Shown here: positions 62,820 to 64,000 of the stretch, piece after piece | Position numbering within the stretch: the stretch's first letter is position 1 | Layout of the letters: every line of letters begins with the position of its first letter | Assembly: GCA_045587445.1 (NCBI GenBank) | Contig: JAZNCH010000053.1 | Span: 13,978-77,977, forward strand | Length of the DNA: 64,000 bases | Source: Eubacteriales bacterium | GTDB lineage: Bacteria; Bacillota; Clostridia; Oscillospirales; CAG-272 | Reading direction: 5' to 3' | Program-made: the position numbers and the translations under genes | The notes under the pieces: model-generated | Told to the model about the DNA's origin: nothing | Seen by the model: the letters and a program-made list of their open reading frames with translations, nothing else | The model's database searches: none

Positions 62820-64000
62820 ATGATATACGGGTGTATAGCTGAAAAACTGGGGCACAGTTTTTCAAAGGATATTCATAACAGACTTTTTGATTACAGTTAC
62901 GAATTGTGTGAGGTGCCGAAAGACGAGCTTGACGTTTTTATGCACAAGAAGGATTTTAAGGCGATAAACGTTACTATTCCTTATAAAGAAAGTGTAATAC
63001 CTTATCTTGATTGGATTAGCGATACTGCGAAAATGATAGGTGCTGTAAATACGATAGTAAACGAAGACGGCTACTTAAAGGGATATAATACCGATTTTTC
63101 GGGATTATCGGCTCTTATAAATCGTAACGGAATTGAATTAAAGGGTAAAAAGGTTTTGATACTCGGAAGCGGCGGAACGTCAAAGACCGCCCTTGCAGTA
63201 TCAAAAAGTATGGAATGTTCTTCGGCCTACCGTGTTTCAAGAGACGGTAAAGAAGACTGTATTACTTATAGCGAAGCAAAGGAAAAGCACGGAGATACGG
63301 AAATTATAATCAATACTACTCCTGTTGGAATGTATCCAAAAATAGGTTTTTCTCCCATAGATTTAGAGGATTACCCGAGGGTTATTGCAGTAGTTGATGC
63401 AGTTTATAACCCGCTTCGCTCCAAGCTTGTATATGACGCAAGAAAAAAAGGAATAAATGCCGTAGGCGGTTTGTATATGCTTGTGGCTCAGGCAGCAGTT
63501 GCGGCAGAAAAATTTATTGACACCAAGGTTCCTGTATCGGAAATAGACAGAGTTTACGGAGAACTCGTAAGACTTAAAGAGAATATAGTTTTGACAGGTA
63601 TGCCCGGAAGCGGAAAATCGACTATAGGTAAGTTACTTGCCAAGGAACTTGGAAGAGTGTTTATTGATACTGATGAAGAGATAGTCAAAAAGGTTAATAA
63701 ACCTATACCTCAGATATTTGCCGAAGAGGGCGAAGCAGCTTTCAGAAAACTTGAAACTGATGTGATAATAGAACTTTCGTCAGTACAAAGTGCAGTAATT
63801 GCCACAGGAGGCGGAGCTATATTGAATCCATTAAACATTGAAATGTTAGGTGAAAATGGCAGAATATACTTTATTGACCGTAATATTGAAAATATTGTTG
63901 CTACATCTGACAGACCGTTGTCGAGCAACAGAGCAGACCTTGAAAAGAGATATAGAGAAAGGTATCCTCTTTACACTTCAAGATGTAACAGACATATACG
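62820..64000 (+). CDS. aroE: Fused shikimate dehydrogenase / shikimate kinase (runs off window end)
   Basis: Not in the ORF track because there is no stop in the window. ATG 62820 translated by hand gives MIYGCIAEKLGHSFSKDIHN...NVTIPYKE...GAVNT...GYNTD (AroE). It continues in frame into LTGMPGSGKSTIGK at about 63591-63632, then ...DTDEEI...FRKLE...ATGGG (AroK). Confidence 0.85.
   Translation, partial: MIYGCIAEKLGHSFSKDIHNRLFDYSYELCEVPKDELDVFMHKKDFKAINVTIPYKESVIPYLDWISDTAKMIGAVNTIVNEDGYLKGYNTDFSGLSALINRNGIELKGKKVLILGSGGTSKTALAVSKSMECSSAYRVSRDGKEDCITYSEAKEKHGDTEIIINTTPVGMYPKIGFSPIDLEDYPRVIAVVDAVYNPLRSKLVYDARKKGINAVGGLYMLVAQAAVAAEKFIDTKVPVSEIDRVYGELVRLKENIVLTGMPGSGKSTIGKLLAKELGRVFIDTDEEIVKKVNKPIPQIFAEEGEAAFRKLETDVIIELSSVQSAVIATGGGAILNPLNIEMLGENGRIYFIDRNIENIVATSDRPLSSNRADLEKRYRERYPLYTSRCNRHI

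Overview
AT-rich, low-GC Gram-positive chromosome segment. It looks like a spore-forming Clostridia-type gut anaerobe, judging by pro-sigma-K, a DUF3794/LysM spore-type protein, the der-plsY-DUF512 block, T-box leaders and strong GGAGG ribosome-binding sites (SDs). All calls come from reading the ORF track and the DNA by eye; no searches were run.

Most of the window is housekeeping:
- Replication, translation and envelope: pcrA, glyQS, trpS, der, plsY, ktrAB, dxs, sigK, proC, hpf, birA.
- Amino-acid metabolism: an orphan trpB behind a Trp T-box, asd behind a second T-box, aspA, and pheA-aroB-aroC plus a fused aroE/aroK.
- Amino-sugar use: a GH20 hexosaminidase, nagA and a ROK-like kinase.
- Other: cdd, a cobalamin riboswitch driving a DUF4430 lipoprotein plus an ECF S-component, and a Na+-translocating biotin decarboxylase operon.
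- Three tRNAs: Arg-CCU, Leu-CAG and Leu-CAA.

The one clear accessory region is 33.4-44.3 kb on the minus strand. It is a TetR-headed, 12-gene locus encoding:
- two SipW-type (ER/archaeal-type) signal peptidases;
- six paralogous TasA/camelysin-like proteins with SipW-cognate signal peptides. Two of these share a near-identical N-terminal domain but carry unrelated C-terminal beta-helix domains of about 380-430 aa;
- a PPQTG sortase-sorted TasA-like protein, a small single-TM protein and a small zinc-ribbon protein.

The locus is punctuated by a structured double-hairpin repeat present three times. I interpret it as a candidate heteropolymeric, cell-wall-tethered TasA-superfamily fibre or adhesin system, more elaborate than the described B. 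subtilis tapA-sipW-tasA or C. perfringens sipW-bsaA loci.

Secondary observations:
- a dispersed family of intergenic mini-hairpin arrays;
- a consensus promoter, structured leader, terminator and SD-sequestering hairpin upstream of a Cys-rich KTR gene;
- a gene remnant in front of a coupled pair of unknown proteins plus cdd;
- two apparently catalytically degenerate envelope-enzyme homologues.
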